Assembly: GCA_002269645.1 (NCBI GenBank)
Contig: NIVC01004129.1
Span: 1 to 58,757 of the forward strand
Direction: 5' to 3'
Length of the DNA stretch: 58,757 nucleotides
Source: Macrostomum lignano
Taxonomy: Eukaryota
Made by a program: the position numbers and the translations under genes. Shown piece after piece: positions 39,779 through 51,669 of the stretch. The notes beneath the pieces were generated by a model, which saw nothing but the letters and a program-made list of their open reading frames with translations, had not been told where the DNA came from and did no database searches. Positions within the stretch are counted from its first letter, which is position 1; every line of letters starts with the position of its first letter.

Positions 39779-42700
39779 TCAAAACCGACGATCGTAAAAC
39801 TGACGCGATTGGATGCCGCCGAAGCCACCGTATGCGCCGCTGCCGCCCCGACCGCCGCGGCTACCGCTGACGCCGCCTCCCCGCTGCGTCGGGGAAGGCG
39901 GCGACCGAAATCTCGCCGCGCCGACGTTTCCATTCATTCTCGAAGCTGTTGTTGAAGTGGACGCCGGCCGCTGCTGTTGAAACGGCCTTGGCGGCGGCCG
40001 GTTCGATGGCAGGCGATTCGAATATGGCAGCGGCGGCGGCGGCGGCGGCGGCCCGTTTCTGCTACTATTATTATTACTAAGATTAGCAATGCTACGATTT
40101 GATGAAGCCGGGTGCGGATGCTGCCTGGCAAATAGCGCCGATCTATTATTAAGCAACGTCGCCGGAGGTCGCTGCGGTGGAGGTGGCGGCGGCGGCGGCG
40201 GCGGCGGCGGTGACGGCGACGGCGGGGACGCCGAAAGCTTCTTGGGCGGCGGCGGCAGGCTGCTGGGGTGCGGCAGAGGGTTGACTCGGCGACTAGCGGA
40301 ATTGATGTTCGTAGAAGAGGGCGGCGCCATCCGGCGCATGTCGACATCCTGATTGGAAGAAGCTGCTGACGCCGACGACAGCGAAAGAGGCTGATGCCAG
40401 CGTTCGTCAACGTCGCCGAGAGAGCCATCGTGGCAGTGCCGCGGCCTCCGCCACAATGACTCCTCAGGATTAATCGAATCGTCTTCAAGATCTATCGAAG
40501 TCCGTTTAATCGTTCGCTTGGCTGGCTGCTCAACCAGCTGATCGAACGGCACGGACTCAGCATTCCGCTGAAATGGTAAAGCAGATCGTCGCTCATCGAT
40601 GTCGGTTTCAGCAACAGTCGAACAAGGAGGCGATGCAGCCTGCGGCGGAGATGGCGAAGCCGGCGCTTCCAGCAGGCGCAGCGGAGGCGGCGTCGAAGGA
40701 GGCGACGGAGACATTGGCGCGGGTTGCGTCGGGTCTCTGGCTGTCGCAGCTGCCGCTATCAGCGACTCGGGAGGCGGCAGAATCGAAGCGACCTTCTGCG
40801 GCACTGTCGCCGATTGAGGCGGCTGCGGAGGCGGCGACGATGTCGTCTGAGGAGAAGCCGGCGACGTTAAATCGTTCAGCTTGAGCAGTCTCTGCCGTTC
40901 GACATTATCTCTTAGATTGCTAATCTGTTGCTTTAACTTGCTGATAAACTGTTGAGTCTGCTGTTTCTGCTGTTGCAGTGGAGGCGGCGGAGGCTGCGAA
41001 GGAAGAGGTCGGGGCCGTTTCCGGTCGTCAATGTCGGCAGAATCAGGGGTAAAACGACGTTTTATTGAAGAGGTCGACGCATTGCCGGTGCCAGCGCTAG
41101 CAGAAGCAGCAGCAGAAGCAGCAGCAGAAGCAGCAGCAGAAGCAGCAGCAGAAGCAGCAGCAGCAGTAGCAGGGGCAGCAGGTTTTGGATCCGGCAGAAC
41201 AGGCAGATCCAACAGCAGATTGTCGTGATAAGAGATCGGCGATTGGCAGGCATTATCGACATTATTATCCTTGCTCTCCTCGCCGCTATAGGCGTCAACA
41301 TCGTCATCTGGCGAGTCGGGCGGCTCGTCGAACACCAGCTTGTCGGGCGGCGGAAGAGACGGATCATCGTCATCATTAACATTCGCCGGAGGAGGCGTCG
41401 GGCTGTGGATAGCTTCTATCGGCGATCGCCGCCGCTGCTCATCGACTGAGTTGTCGTCGGTTGGCTTCAGATTCGATGTCGACGGTTTCGGCAGCAGCTC
41501 CTTCAGCGGCAGATAGACCAGGCCGGGCATGCCGACCCGGGCTTGCAGATCGCGACGCTGTCCGGCGGCCTGCCTGGCCAGGTGGCCGATCCGATCGGCC
41601 GCTGTCGAATAGGTTGCATAGCAACCGCGCCGATCCGAGCGGCACTCTGCAGCCCAGTAGGCGCCGACGCCGCCGTGCGGCTGCGGCAGCCGGTGCCACT
41701 GGTCCAGACGGCTGTAGTCGAAGAAGCAGTCGGATCTGGGCAGCGGCAGCCACACAATGACGTGCAGCTGATGCCTGCCCGGGTCAGACAGTTTCCTGGC
41801 CAGCCGGCCGAGGTTAAGCCGCTCGGCTGGCCGGCTGTCCGAGGGCACTAGGTAGCACAGGGGCAGGCGGCCGTCCCGTCCGCTGCTGGCCGAAGTTAGC
41901 GGGCAGAGAAGGGCCCGGCGGCTCAGCACTAACTGATTGCACAGTCGAGCCAGCGGATGCGTGCTGTCGGGAGTGGCCAGACCGACCAGGTAGCTCACGT
42001 GACCGGCTGCTGCTGCTGCTGCTGAGGATTCGGAGTCGATGGGGCCGGCCGCCGCGGTGACTTCTCGAGATCCACGAATTTTGAAACCGGACAGGCTGGA
42101 CAGCAGATCGTCGAATTCGATGAAGCGGACCTGGGGGGGGGGGGGGGGAACGGCGAGCCGTAGTAACGATTCCATTAGTGGGGATGAAGGGGGCTGGAGA
42201 TCTTACCGTTAAGGGGCATGCGACCTCTCCAGTTCTATGAGGGGGCATGCGACCTCTCCAATCTCTATGAGGGGTCATGCGACCTCTCCAATCCCTATGA
42301 GGGGTCATGCGACCTCTCCAATCCCTATGAGGGGGCATGCGACCTCTCCAATCTCTATGAGGGGTCATGCGACCTCTCCAATATCTATGAGGAAGCATGC
42401 GACCTCTCCAGTTCTATGAGGGGGCATGCGACCTCTCCAATCTCTATGAGGGGTCATGCGACCTCTCCAATCCCTATGAGGGGGCATGCGACCTCTCCAA
42501 TCTCTATGAGGGGTCATGCGACCTCTCCAATCCCTATGAGGGGTCATGCGACCTCTCCAATCCCTATGAGGGGGCATGCGACCTCTCCAATCTCTATGAG
42601 GGGTCATGCGACCTCTCCAATATCTATGAGGAAGCATGCGACCTCTCCAGTTCTATGAGGGGGCATGCGACCTCTCCAATCTCTATGAGGGGTCATGCGA

Positions 42701-45700
42701 CCTCTCCAATCCCTATGAGGGGGCATGCGACCTCTCCAATCTCTATGAGGGGTCATGCGACCTCTCCAATCCCTATGAGGGGGCATGCGACCTCTCCGAT
42801 CTCTATGAGGGGTCATGCGACCTCTCCAATCCCTATGAGGGGGCATGCGACCTCTCCAGTCCTCCCTATGAGAGGGGATTCGACCTCTTGAGTCCTATGG
42901 CCGGGGGACATGCGACCTCTTGAGTCCTATGGGGGACATGCGACCTCTTGAGTCATATGACCTCTTATGGTCCTTTAGGGGGGTCATGTAGTTTTTATTA
43001 TAAAGAAAGACCTTCCCATGGTCTCTCAGGGGGGCATGCGACCTCGAGCGGTGCTAGTAGCCACACACACCTGCAAATTGCCGCCATCCTGCTGCAGACA
43101 GGGGAACACAAACGGCACAGCTTCCAGCGATACCAAATCCAGGTAGAGGCTGGCCAAGCCGGGCAGCTCGAGGCCCAGGCTGAGCTGGCCAACCAGGGTG
43201 CCGCCGCCTGGCCGGCTGGCAACAAACGGCAAACGACCGGGACCCGAAGGCCGGCTGGGCTGATGAAGCATGCCGGATTTCAATCGGTCAACTTGATTTG
43301 GATAGTTGGCTGATGAAGCTGACTGCTGCTGCATCAAGTCCGGCTTTGATTGCTGCGCCTGTTGCTGCTGCTGCTGCTGCTGGGAGGCGACAATCCGGCC
43401 GGAGAATTCGTAGCGCACAGCGGCTACCGGCACGGCCTGGCGAGGCCGGTCGAGCAAATCAAAATCCTCAGAGTATTCGAATAGGAATACCTGCGCAAAG
43501 GTTCGAGTGCAAGTAAATGTGTAGGCGAGCATGCCTTTTAACCGCTGCCGCAGGACTGATTGGGTGGACAAACAGTGTCCCACTGGTCTGCATTAATGAC
43601 TACTAGCTTGTCCACCCAATGACCCACTAGATTGTCCACCCAATGACCCACTAGCTTGTCCACCCAATGACCCACTAGCTTGTCCACCCAATGACCAACT
43701 AGCTTGTCTACCCAATGACCCACTAGCTTGTCTACCCAATGACCCACTAGCTTGTCTACCCAATGACCCACTAGCTTGTCTACCCAATGACCCACTAGCT
43801 TGCCCACCCAATGACCCAGTAGCTTGTCCACACAATGACCCACTAGTTTGCCCACCCAATGACCCACTAGCTTGTCCACCCAATGACCCACTAGCTTGTC
43901 CACCCAATGACCCACTAGCTTGTCCACCCAATGACCCAGTAGCTTGTCCACCCAATGACCCACTAGCTTGCCCACACAATGACCCACTAGCTTGTCCACC
44001 CAATGACCTACTAGCTTGTCCACCCAATGACCCACTAGCTTGTCCACCCAATGACCCACTAGCTTGTCCACACAATGACCCACTAGCTTGTCCACCCAAT
44101 GACCCACTAGCTTGTCCACCTAATGACCCACTAGCTTGCCCACACAATGACCCACTAGCTTGCCCACTTAATGACCCAGTAGCTTGTCCATCCAATGACC
44201 CACTAGCTTGTCCATCCAATGACCCACTAGCTTGTCCACCCAATGACCCACTAGCTAAGTAAAAACCCGACCTGGCTCGAATGAAAGGCATCAGGCAGCG
44301 GCAACTGCTCCAGACCGTCGGCCCGGCCTCGCCGACTAACGTGACAGTCGAACTGGGGCTGCGGCTCGGCCACGCTGTCCCCCTCGGCCCAGCGGCAGAC
44401 GCGGCAGCGAAGGTAGCGCAGCACCAGCAGCCAGCCGGCCGGTTGCAGGCCGCGTTTCGGGCAGGTGCGATCGACGTATTGGCACAGGCTGACGCCGGAT
44501 TCACCCGTTGCTAGGCGACTATCCGGCAGGTTGCCCTTAGCAACGCCGCGTTCGGCTATAGCCCGAGCCTCGGCTTCGGTCGCCACGGCCAGATAAGCGA
44601 GCTGCTCCGTTGGACCAGAAGTCGAAGCAGCCGCAGCGCCGGTCCCTGCCGAATCGTCGCTGGCCGTTTCCATGGTAACGGGGCCGCCAGCGCCGGAAAA
44701 CATGGCGGCTTCCGCTTCGGCGGCTGCGGCAGCTTCGCGCATTTCTGCTCGTTTGGCTCGGTACTGCGGAGAGCGGCGGATATGATCGACTCTCAATTTG
44801 GCATCGACTTAAGGAAACAAGTCTGAATGTTCTTCAACTTACATGCCTTTAACATTCACATTCCCCAATCTTCACATTCCCCAACCTTCAAATTCCCCAA
44901 CCTTCACATTCCCCAACCTTTACATTCCCTAATCTTCACATTTCCCAATTTTCACATTCCCCAACCTTCACATTCCCCAACCTTTACATTCCCCAATCTT
45001 CACATTCCCCAATCTTCACATTCCCCAACCTTCACATTCCCTAACCTTCACATTCCCTAACCTTCACATTCTCCAACCTATACATTGCCCAACCTTCACA
45101 TTCCCCAACCTTCATTCTGCAACCTACACATTCTCTAACTTTCTCATTTCTCACCCTTCACATTCTCCACCCTTCACATTCCCCAACCTTCACATTCCCC
45201 AACCTTCACATTCCCCAACCTTCACATTCCCCAACCTTCATATTCCCTAAGCCGCCTAACCATAGGGGATTTTGAAGTTGTGGGATTGCAGAGGAGACTG
45301 CATTAAAACAGATGGGAAATATAAAGCGCCAAGCCCAGTGCATATAATGTTCCCAAAATGAAGTCATCATTGCTGAAAGGATTTGACTAACTTCTTCATT
45401 GAGCGCGTAGTTTTCAATCATGAAGGCCTCCTGCACGCGAAACTGCCGCTCCTGCTCCCGGCTGAGGAAGCTGGCGCGCAGCTGGCGCTCGATCTCGGTC
45501 TTGAACTCCTTGGAGTCGGGGCTGACGCGGCGGAGAATCTCTATGGGGGAAGGGTATTTTGGCGGTGTGTTGATGAGCAGTGGAACTGAAGGTTTGAAGC
45601 GGTTGAGGCCCGGAAAATACGAGCTATAAATCTACAAGGGTAGCGGTGACCGAGCAACTGGGGATCTGGGAAGGTGGCCGAGCAGCTGACACACTGGGAG

Positions 45701-46581
45701 GCTGGCACAGCAACTAACACTCTGTGAGGCTGGCCCAGCAACTGACACTCTGGGAGGCTGGCCCAGCAACTGACACTCTGGGAGGCTGGCCTAGCAACCG
45801 GGGATCTGGGAGGCTGGTACAGCAACTGAGGATCTGGGAGGCTGGCCCAGCAACTGAGGATCTGGGAGGCTGGCTGAGCAACTGAGGATCTGAGAGGCTG
45901 GCCCAGCAACTAAGGATCTGGGAGGCTGGCCCAGCAACTGAGGATCTGAGAGGCTGGCACAGCAACTGAGGATCTGGGAGGCTGGCTGAGCAACTGAGGA
46001 TCTGGGAGGTTGGCCCAGCAACTGAGGATCTGAGAGGCTGGCACAGCAACTGAGGATCTGGGAGGCTGGCTGAGCAACTGAGGATCTGGGAGGCTGGCCC
46101 AGCAACTGAGGATCTGAGAGGCTGGCACAGCAACTGAGGATCTGGGAGGCTGGCTGAGCAACTGAGGATCTGGGAGGCTGGCCCAGCAACTGAGGATCTG
46201 GGAGGCTGGCACAGCAACTGAGGATCTGGGAGGCTGGCTGAGCAACTGAGGATCTGGGAGGCTGGCCCAGCAACTGAGGATCTGGGAGGCTGGCCCAGCA
46301 ACTGAGGATATGGGAGGGTCGCGGTAGCCCTTTTCTCTCACGACTGTTTATCTTTCTCATTTCGAAATGAAGATCAAATTCAAACTATTGATTGAAGTTC
46401 ATTAATTTGAGATTTAAAGAAACTTAGCACACACTCCAAGCTCCCCATCCCGCTCACCTGCCGGATTTTGCACCCGCTTGGGAACGCGTAGCGCCTTCAG
46501 CACAGAGAAGTCGACAATCTTCTCGGCAGCCTCAAACGGCACCTCCTCTGCTCCGCGTTTCGAAGGATGCTTCTGCATCAT
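39779..46581 (-). CDS. TASOR: TASOR/FAM208-like protein (DUF3715 pseudo-PARP, SPOC-like domain, long disordered tail), about 1196 aa, 5 exons
   Basis: Exons 46581-46458, 45540-45392, 44763-44272, 43544-43071 and 42130-39779 (GT-AG, phases 1,0,0,0; 3591 nt open). Motifs LRVPKR, VSPDSKEFKTEIERQLRASFL, AFMIENYALNEEYRAKRAEM, EQLAYL, GVSLCQYVD, PQPQFDCHVSR and AQVFLFEY...RPRQAVPVAAVRY follow the remembered DUF3715 order. The start codon is tentative. Confidence 0.8.
42210..42950 (+). repeat. 30-bp minisatellite (atgcgacctctccaatctctatgaggggtc)n in TASOR-like intron 4
   Basis: About 23 copies with higher-order periodicity. Confidence 0.96.
43600..44255 (+). repeat. 24-bp minisatellite (cactagcttgtccacccaatgacc)n in TASOR-like intron 3
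   Basis: About 27 copies. Confidence 0.96.
44845..45250 (+). repeat. 16-bp minisatellite (ccccaaccttcacatt)n in TASOR-like intron 2
   Basis: About 24 variant copies. Confidence 0.93.
45650..46312 (+). repeat. 28-bp minisatellite (ggctggcccagcaactgaggatctggga)n in TASOR-like intron 1
   Basis: About 23 copies; same family as 27658-27957. Confidence 0.95.
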
Positions 46582-47477
46582 AGACAGCAGGTCGATGGAC
46601 CGCTGGATGCCCTACTGCTGCTGCTGCTGCTGCTGGCAAACATCTTCAACCAATAGCCAGATGTTGCAGTCGTTTAACTAATAAAAAACTACAAAAAGCT
46701 TATCTTCCTACTCATATGCAAATCGTTTAGTAATAAGAATCGATCGTTAACAACAACCTTATCTTTAAATGTCGAGTCACATTTTAATCTGCAAATAAAT
46801 TAATGAAAAGGTTAACTAAAACAGACGGGGTAAACGGCGCGAGTAACTATACCTGAATTTGTATTTTAGAATACATCGTCATCTGATTAGGGCCTAACGT
46901 ACTAAGCTTTATAAATAAAAAGCCGTTTAAAAAATAAAAAACTGAAGACAGCTGAAGAGTGCACAAATTTTGCCAAAGATGTTTGTTAAATTTGCATTTA
47001 ATAAATAAAAGAACATGCCGATTGATTGACGCGCCTTCACAAAACAGTCGGTCAACAGATTGCAAACTATAGAAAACTACTACTAGTAGGAGACGAAGAA
47101 TATTGTAAGCTATTTTGCATCGCAGCACGCTAAACAAGCAGGATTATAGAAGGCCTACTACACTATATGGCCAGATTCAATATTTGGTAAATAAGAATAG
47201 TAGGCAGTAGCTTATATGCATAAAGATACTATTAAAAGAAATTCTACTCGTCTATTATATTAATTATTTTACTACTAAAGTGCGAGTAGTAAGAGCAGTC
47301 CAAAGAATAATATGACAATGGAATTTAGCTAATTTTAACGCTCACCGAGATACACCATGAGTACAATACTAGATTATAGCTTAATTACCTGTTGCTGCTT
47401 TGCTTCACTGGCAAATTTTAACAGGTACAGTTTTCATATACCTTCATTCCACAAATGAGTGGGAGATAAGGGAGGAG

Positions 47478-47760
47478 AGGAGATAAAGTAGACATGAGAC
47501 AGATAAGGTAGATGTGAGACAGATAAGGTAGACATGACACAGATAAGGTAGACATGAGACAGATAAGGTAGATGTGAGACAGGTAAGGTAGATGTGAGAC
47601 AGATAATGTAGATGTGAGACAGATAAGGTAGACATGAGACAGATAAGGTAGGTAGATGTGAGACAGATAAGGTAGACATGAGACAGATAAGGTAGGCATG
47701 AGACAGATAAGGTAGGCATGAGACAGATAAGGTAGATGTGAGACAGATAAGGTAGACACG
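47478..47760 (+). repeat. 20-bp minisatellite (gagacagataaggtagacat)n
   Basis: About 14 copies. Confidence 0.94.
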
Positions 47761-47871
47761 AGGGAAAAACACATTGCTACCCTCCACTCAATCAGTCATG
47801 CATCAAATATGATAGATAGCAGAGTAAAACACGAGCTGAGGCAGTCAGGTGCATACGCAACAGCCTCCCAG

Positions 47872-50800
47872 TCACTCCGAACAGTCGGTAAGCAGTTCCA
47901 CAATGACCGGCTCCAGCCAGTCGCCGCGCATCAGAACTTTACAACCGATAGCCTTAGCAAACCTGCGCAGTCCGTCAGCCCTGAGCCCGGCCTCGGCCTG
48001 GCTAAATCTGTACAGCTCGCCCGGCTGGCCAAGGTGCAAGCGGAGCCGGTACCAGAACAGCGCCTCCATTAGGGCCGTGCACACCAGCTGACAGCTCAGG
48101 GCATCGCGCGGTGCCCGCCTGACCAGGGCTTCGTAGCCGCCGCCGCCGCTGGACACGAAGGCGAACCAATCGCGGCAGTGGAACAGAGCGTCTAGCAGGC
48201 GACGGATGCTGTGATAGGCGGCCACGTGTTTCTCCGTGATCTGGCGGCAGCGAGGGTTGGGGAGATGCTGGCTTGAAAATGCATTCCAGTGAATAAGAAG
48301 AGATCACCTACTACTGAGTAGACCCGACAAAAACGGCACCCCAGAAGCTTGCTTGCATCGCCCCAGAATCGTTTCACAGTCGTTACAGGTAACACAGGTA
48401 AAACAGAAAAGAAGTGACTCCAGACGATTCTAAAACGACAAAATGTCACCCAGACGGAGCTTCTGGACCTTCAACAGGTGGCACCAGCCACCCTGCTGCG
48501 AATTAGTCTAGTTCCGCTAATCAAGCCTCCACAGTGGGCAAATCTCAACTGCTGGACATCCTCAACTCGTAGTCTTTTAAGCATTCTCATCCCCTTTGTA
48601 GTTCGACGGGCGGAAAAATGGCTTGGTATTCCTACTGTTAATATTGAAATGCTATCAGTTAAGTTCTAATCTTTAACTTTCACCGTTGTATATCGATGGG
48701 TTTTACTACTAATCCTATTAACCGCCGCTGCCCCTCTAGTCCTACATCGATTGCGTCATCTCAAAGTTCTCACCGCGGCCACGTGACTCGGCCGCAGCTC
48801 CAGCGGCTCCCTGTGGCAGCGCAGCAGAGCGGTCAAATAATCGCGCTTAAAATCGCGGAAGATTCCAACACGACGGCAGTGCTTATCGAAGCTGGCTTCG
48901 GTCCAGCTCGTCACCAGGGCGATGTTCTTCAGGCTGGTCTCCAGGCTGGGCTCCAGCGCGATCTCCGAGGCCACCGTCCGCAGCTGCTCCAGCGCGGTGA
49001 ACACTGAGCGCAGATACGGCACGCTCAGCTTAGACCGTCTATCGCTGACAATGCGCTCAATGACGCCTGACCAGAACTGGTTCAAGCCGGTCCTCAGCAC
49101 CGTCACGCCGCCGGACTCGTCGGCGCTATTATTGGCGCCGTCCCGACTGTCTGTCAGGAATTCAACAACGGCTTGGGACAGCAGGTTGGCGGAGAAGGCG
49201 TTCCAGCCGTTGAATGCAAAACGGCTGGCCCACATGTCCAGGGCGCCGATCAGCGAGGCCTCGTCCGGGTTCAGCGAATCCGCATTGCGACGAGCTTTGC
49301 CGTTGTTGCCGTCTCCGGCCGCCGGTTTCGACTTCGGCAGGTCCTCCGCCGTTGAACTTTTCGTTGACGAAATTGGCAAAGTTGGCGGCGGCGGAGGCGG
49401 CGGCGGCGGCCGGTGGACGCTGAACTCCAGCAGGCTGTAGCGCTGGCCAAGGCGCCAGTCAATTCGACAGTCGGCAAAAGCGGCCGACGTCAACGAAGCT
49501 TCCGGCGGAGTGGCGTCGGCGACGATCTCGGCATCCAGTCGGACAGTGTAGGCTGGCGGGCTTGGCTTTTGCCCGGACACTGCGGCCAGGCAGACACGGC
49601 GCAGATTGGCTTCGTCAAGGAGGCCGGACGAGCCACTGCCGGCAGTCAGCAGCTGCTGTCGGAGTGCCGATTCCGATGGCCAGCTGCTGGCGCCTGCAGC
49701 GGCAGCGGCGCTCTTGGCAGCGGCGCCTCGTCTTCGAGTCTTTGTTGGCGACACGTTGCCGCCGCTGCAGCCGGCGCCACCGAGAACGCCGAGCTCGACG
49801 GCAGAATTGACGCAGGCAACGCCGAGCGGCCATTCGACGGTGCCGCGGCATCGAGCTAGCATGTCGTCGATTTGACGTCGAAGTTTCGACGCACTGGCGG
49901 CATCAGCGTTAGCTGACGACGAAACTAGTTCAGCGACAAGCCGGCTGATAGCGGCGCGGCCGTGGCGAGCCCAGGCCACGGGCGGCTGGCCGCGATACTT
50001 CAGCAGCTCCTCGCTATCAACTTTAGGCAGCTGGTCGTCTGGCGGCAGCGGCAGACTGTCGTCCGGGTCGTTTAGCAGCCAACGGGCCAGAGGATCGGGC
50101 TTTGGCTGAGGAGTCAGCGGCTCAAGCAGGCACTCGGCGATGGCGTCCAGAGCCGGGCGAAGCTGCTCTGCCGAGTTGAAGGCCTCGGCCAAGGCTCGGG
50201 CGTCGTCTAGACGTCGACGAATACTAGCGGCCGAGGCGATCTGGCGACGCGGATGCGGGGTCAGGTGCAGGATGACGAGGCATTCGATAAGGGCGGCGGC
50301 CAGGGCGGGCCGCGCGTAGGCGATGGCGGCGGCTTTGGCGGCGGCCTCCGCTTCGGCGGCCGCCTTGGCAGAGGCTTCCGCTTCCGGGTCGGGCTTGACC
50401 GCTTCCGTCTCGGCATTGTCGGCAGCCGAATTGTCAGCCTCGGCCTCGCCCTCCGCCATTGACGATTTCTCAGCCTCGGCTGGAGCGGCAGCGGCCGCAG
50501 CGGCCACGGCTGCCGCCCTCTGTTTGGCCAGCTCCCGAGGCAAATTATCCAGAGCCGATCGGATCCGATCGATAGCTTGATCGAGGCGCCATACCGATTC
50601 GTTATTGTCGCCGACATCGTCTTTGCCCTCGGCGTCGGCTTTGCCAGCGTCGGCGTCCAAATCGGTGAGCAGACAAGCAGCGATAGCGTCGCGAACGACG
50701 GCTACAACGTTGAACGGCAGTTGTACAGTCGGAAAGGTCGGAAGTTCGAGCTTCTGCTCGGTTAGTCGGACTAGCTGAGACAGCATCGGCTGGGACAGGC

Positions 50801-51542
50801 CGGCTTCGCTGGACCAATCGGCGGTCTGGCAGATGCTTGAGAACAGCTGCTGAGGGGGCAGCTGCTCCGCCAGGCTGGCCAGGTTGCCGGCCAGCTGGGC
50901 GGCGGACTCGGCCAGCTGGAAGCCGAAGCCGCTGGCCAGCCGGTTAACTTCGGCGAGGGCGTCGCCAACCTGACGAAGCGACGGCATGCGCGGATTGGCA
51001 GCGTCGAGCCGCTGCACCGGCAGGTGGCGCACGTAAAGGCGGAGCAGGCGGCTGAAGCAGGCGGACAGCAGGTCGACGGCGGCTTCGGCGACTGCGGATG
51101 CAGCGTCGCTCTCTTCGGCCAGACAGTCGGCCAGGCAGCATTCCAAACGGTCGGATCCGGCTGCCAAGAATCGGACAAAAGCGTCCGGTCGGGCGATGAG
51201 TCGGACAGCGTCGGCGCTGAAATCGGACAGGCGGGCCTTCAGGCCGGCCAGCTGCTCAGAGTCGGCGTCCGACGGTTCAAGGAGCTCCAAGAAGGCCCGG
51301 TCAGTTGGCGGCCTGGGCGACGAGGATGTCAACAACAGTTTCATGCGTTTAGCCGGCGTCGCGCTGTCTCCGTTTTGACTAGCCTGAGTCTTGGTTTCCC
51401 CATCGGAGTCTTTGTTTGAGTCGGCCTTGCGCTTCTGGCCGGCGGTGGCAGCGGCGGCCGCGGCAGTGGCCGATGTCGTCTCGTCCGGCTTGGTGCTGGC
51501 GGCTTCCGCGCCAGTCATGCTTTCGTCTGTTGGTTCGGACAT
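47872..51542 (-). CDS. Uncharacterised, mostly helical, probably nuclear protein (928-aa ORF; about 1054 aa with a putative second exon)
   Basis: Long ORF 51542-48756 with ATG in good context and NLS-like KRKA and PAKRMK. Donor GTGAGA after 48774 can splice in phase 0 to the acceptor at 48268-48270, adding exon 48267-47872. No family recognised. Confidence 0.75.
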
Positions 51543-51669
51543 GGCTGTCTCTTATCTAGCTGGGAGATTGCAGAAATTCATAACGTAACTAGGAGTTTAA
51601 TTTACTACGATACATATCGGCTCGCTTAAGGCAATAAACATGCATCAAGTGATAGTACAAAAATTCACT

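Noticed and set aside
39679-39955. Short ORFs overlapping the end of the TASOR-like gene
   Set aside because: Alternative frames of the GC-rich last exon and 3' UTR; no independent support.
42218-44504. Repetitive ORFs (YEGACDLSN, DKLVGHWV, GSLGGQAS)
   Set aside because: Translations of the 30- and 24-bp arrays inside introns 4 and 3 of the TASOR-like gene.
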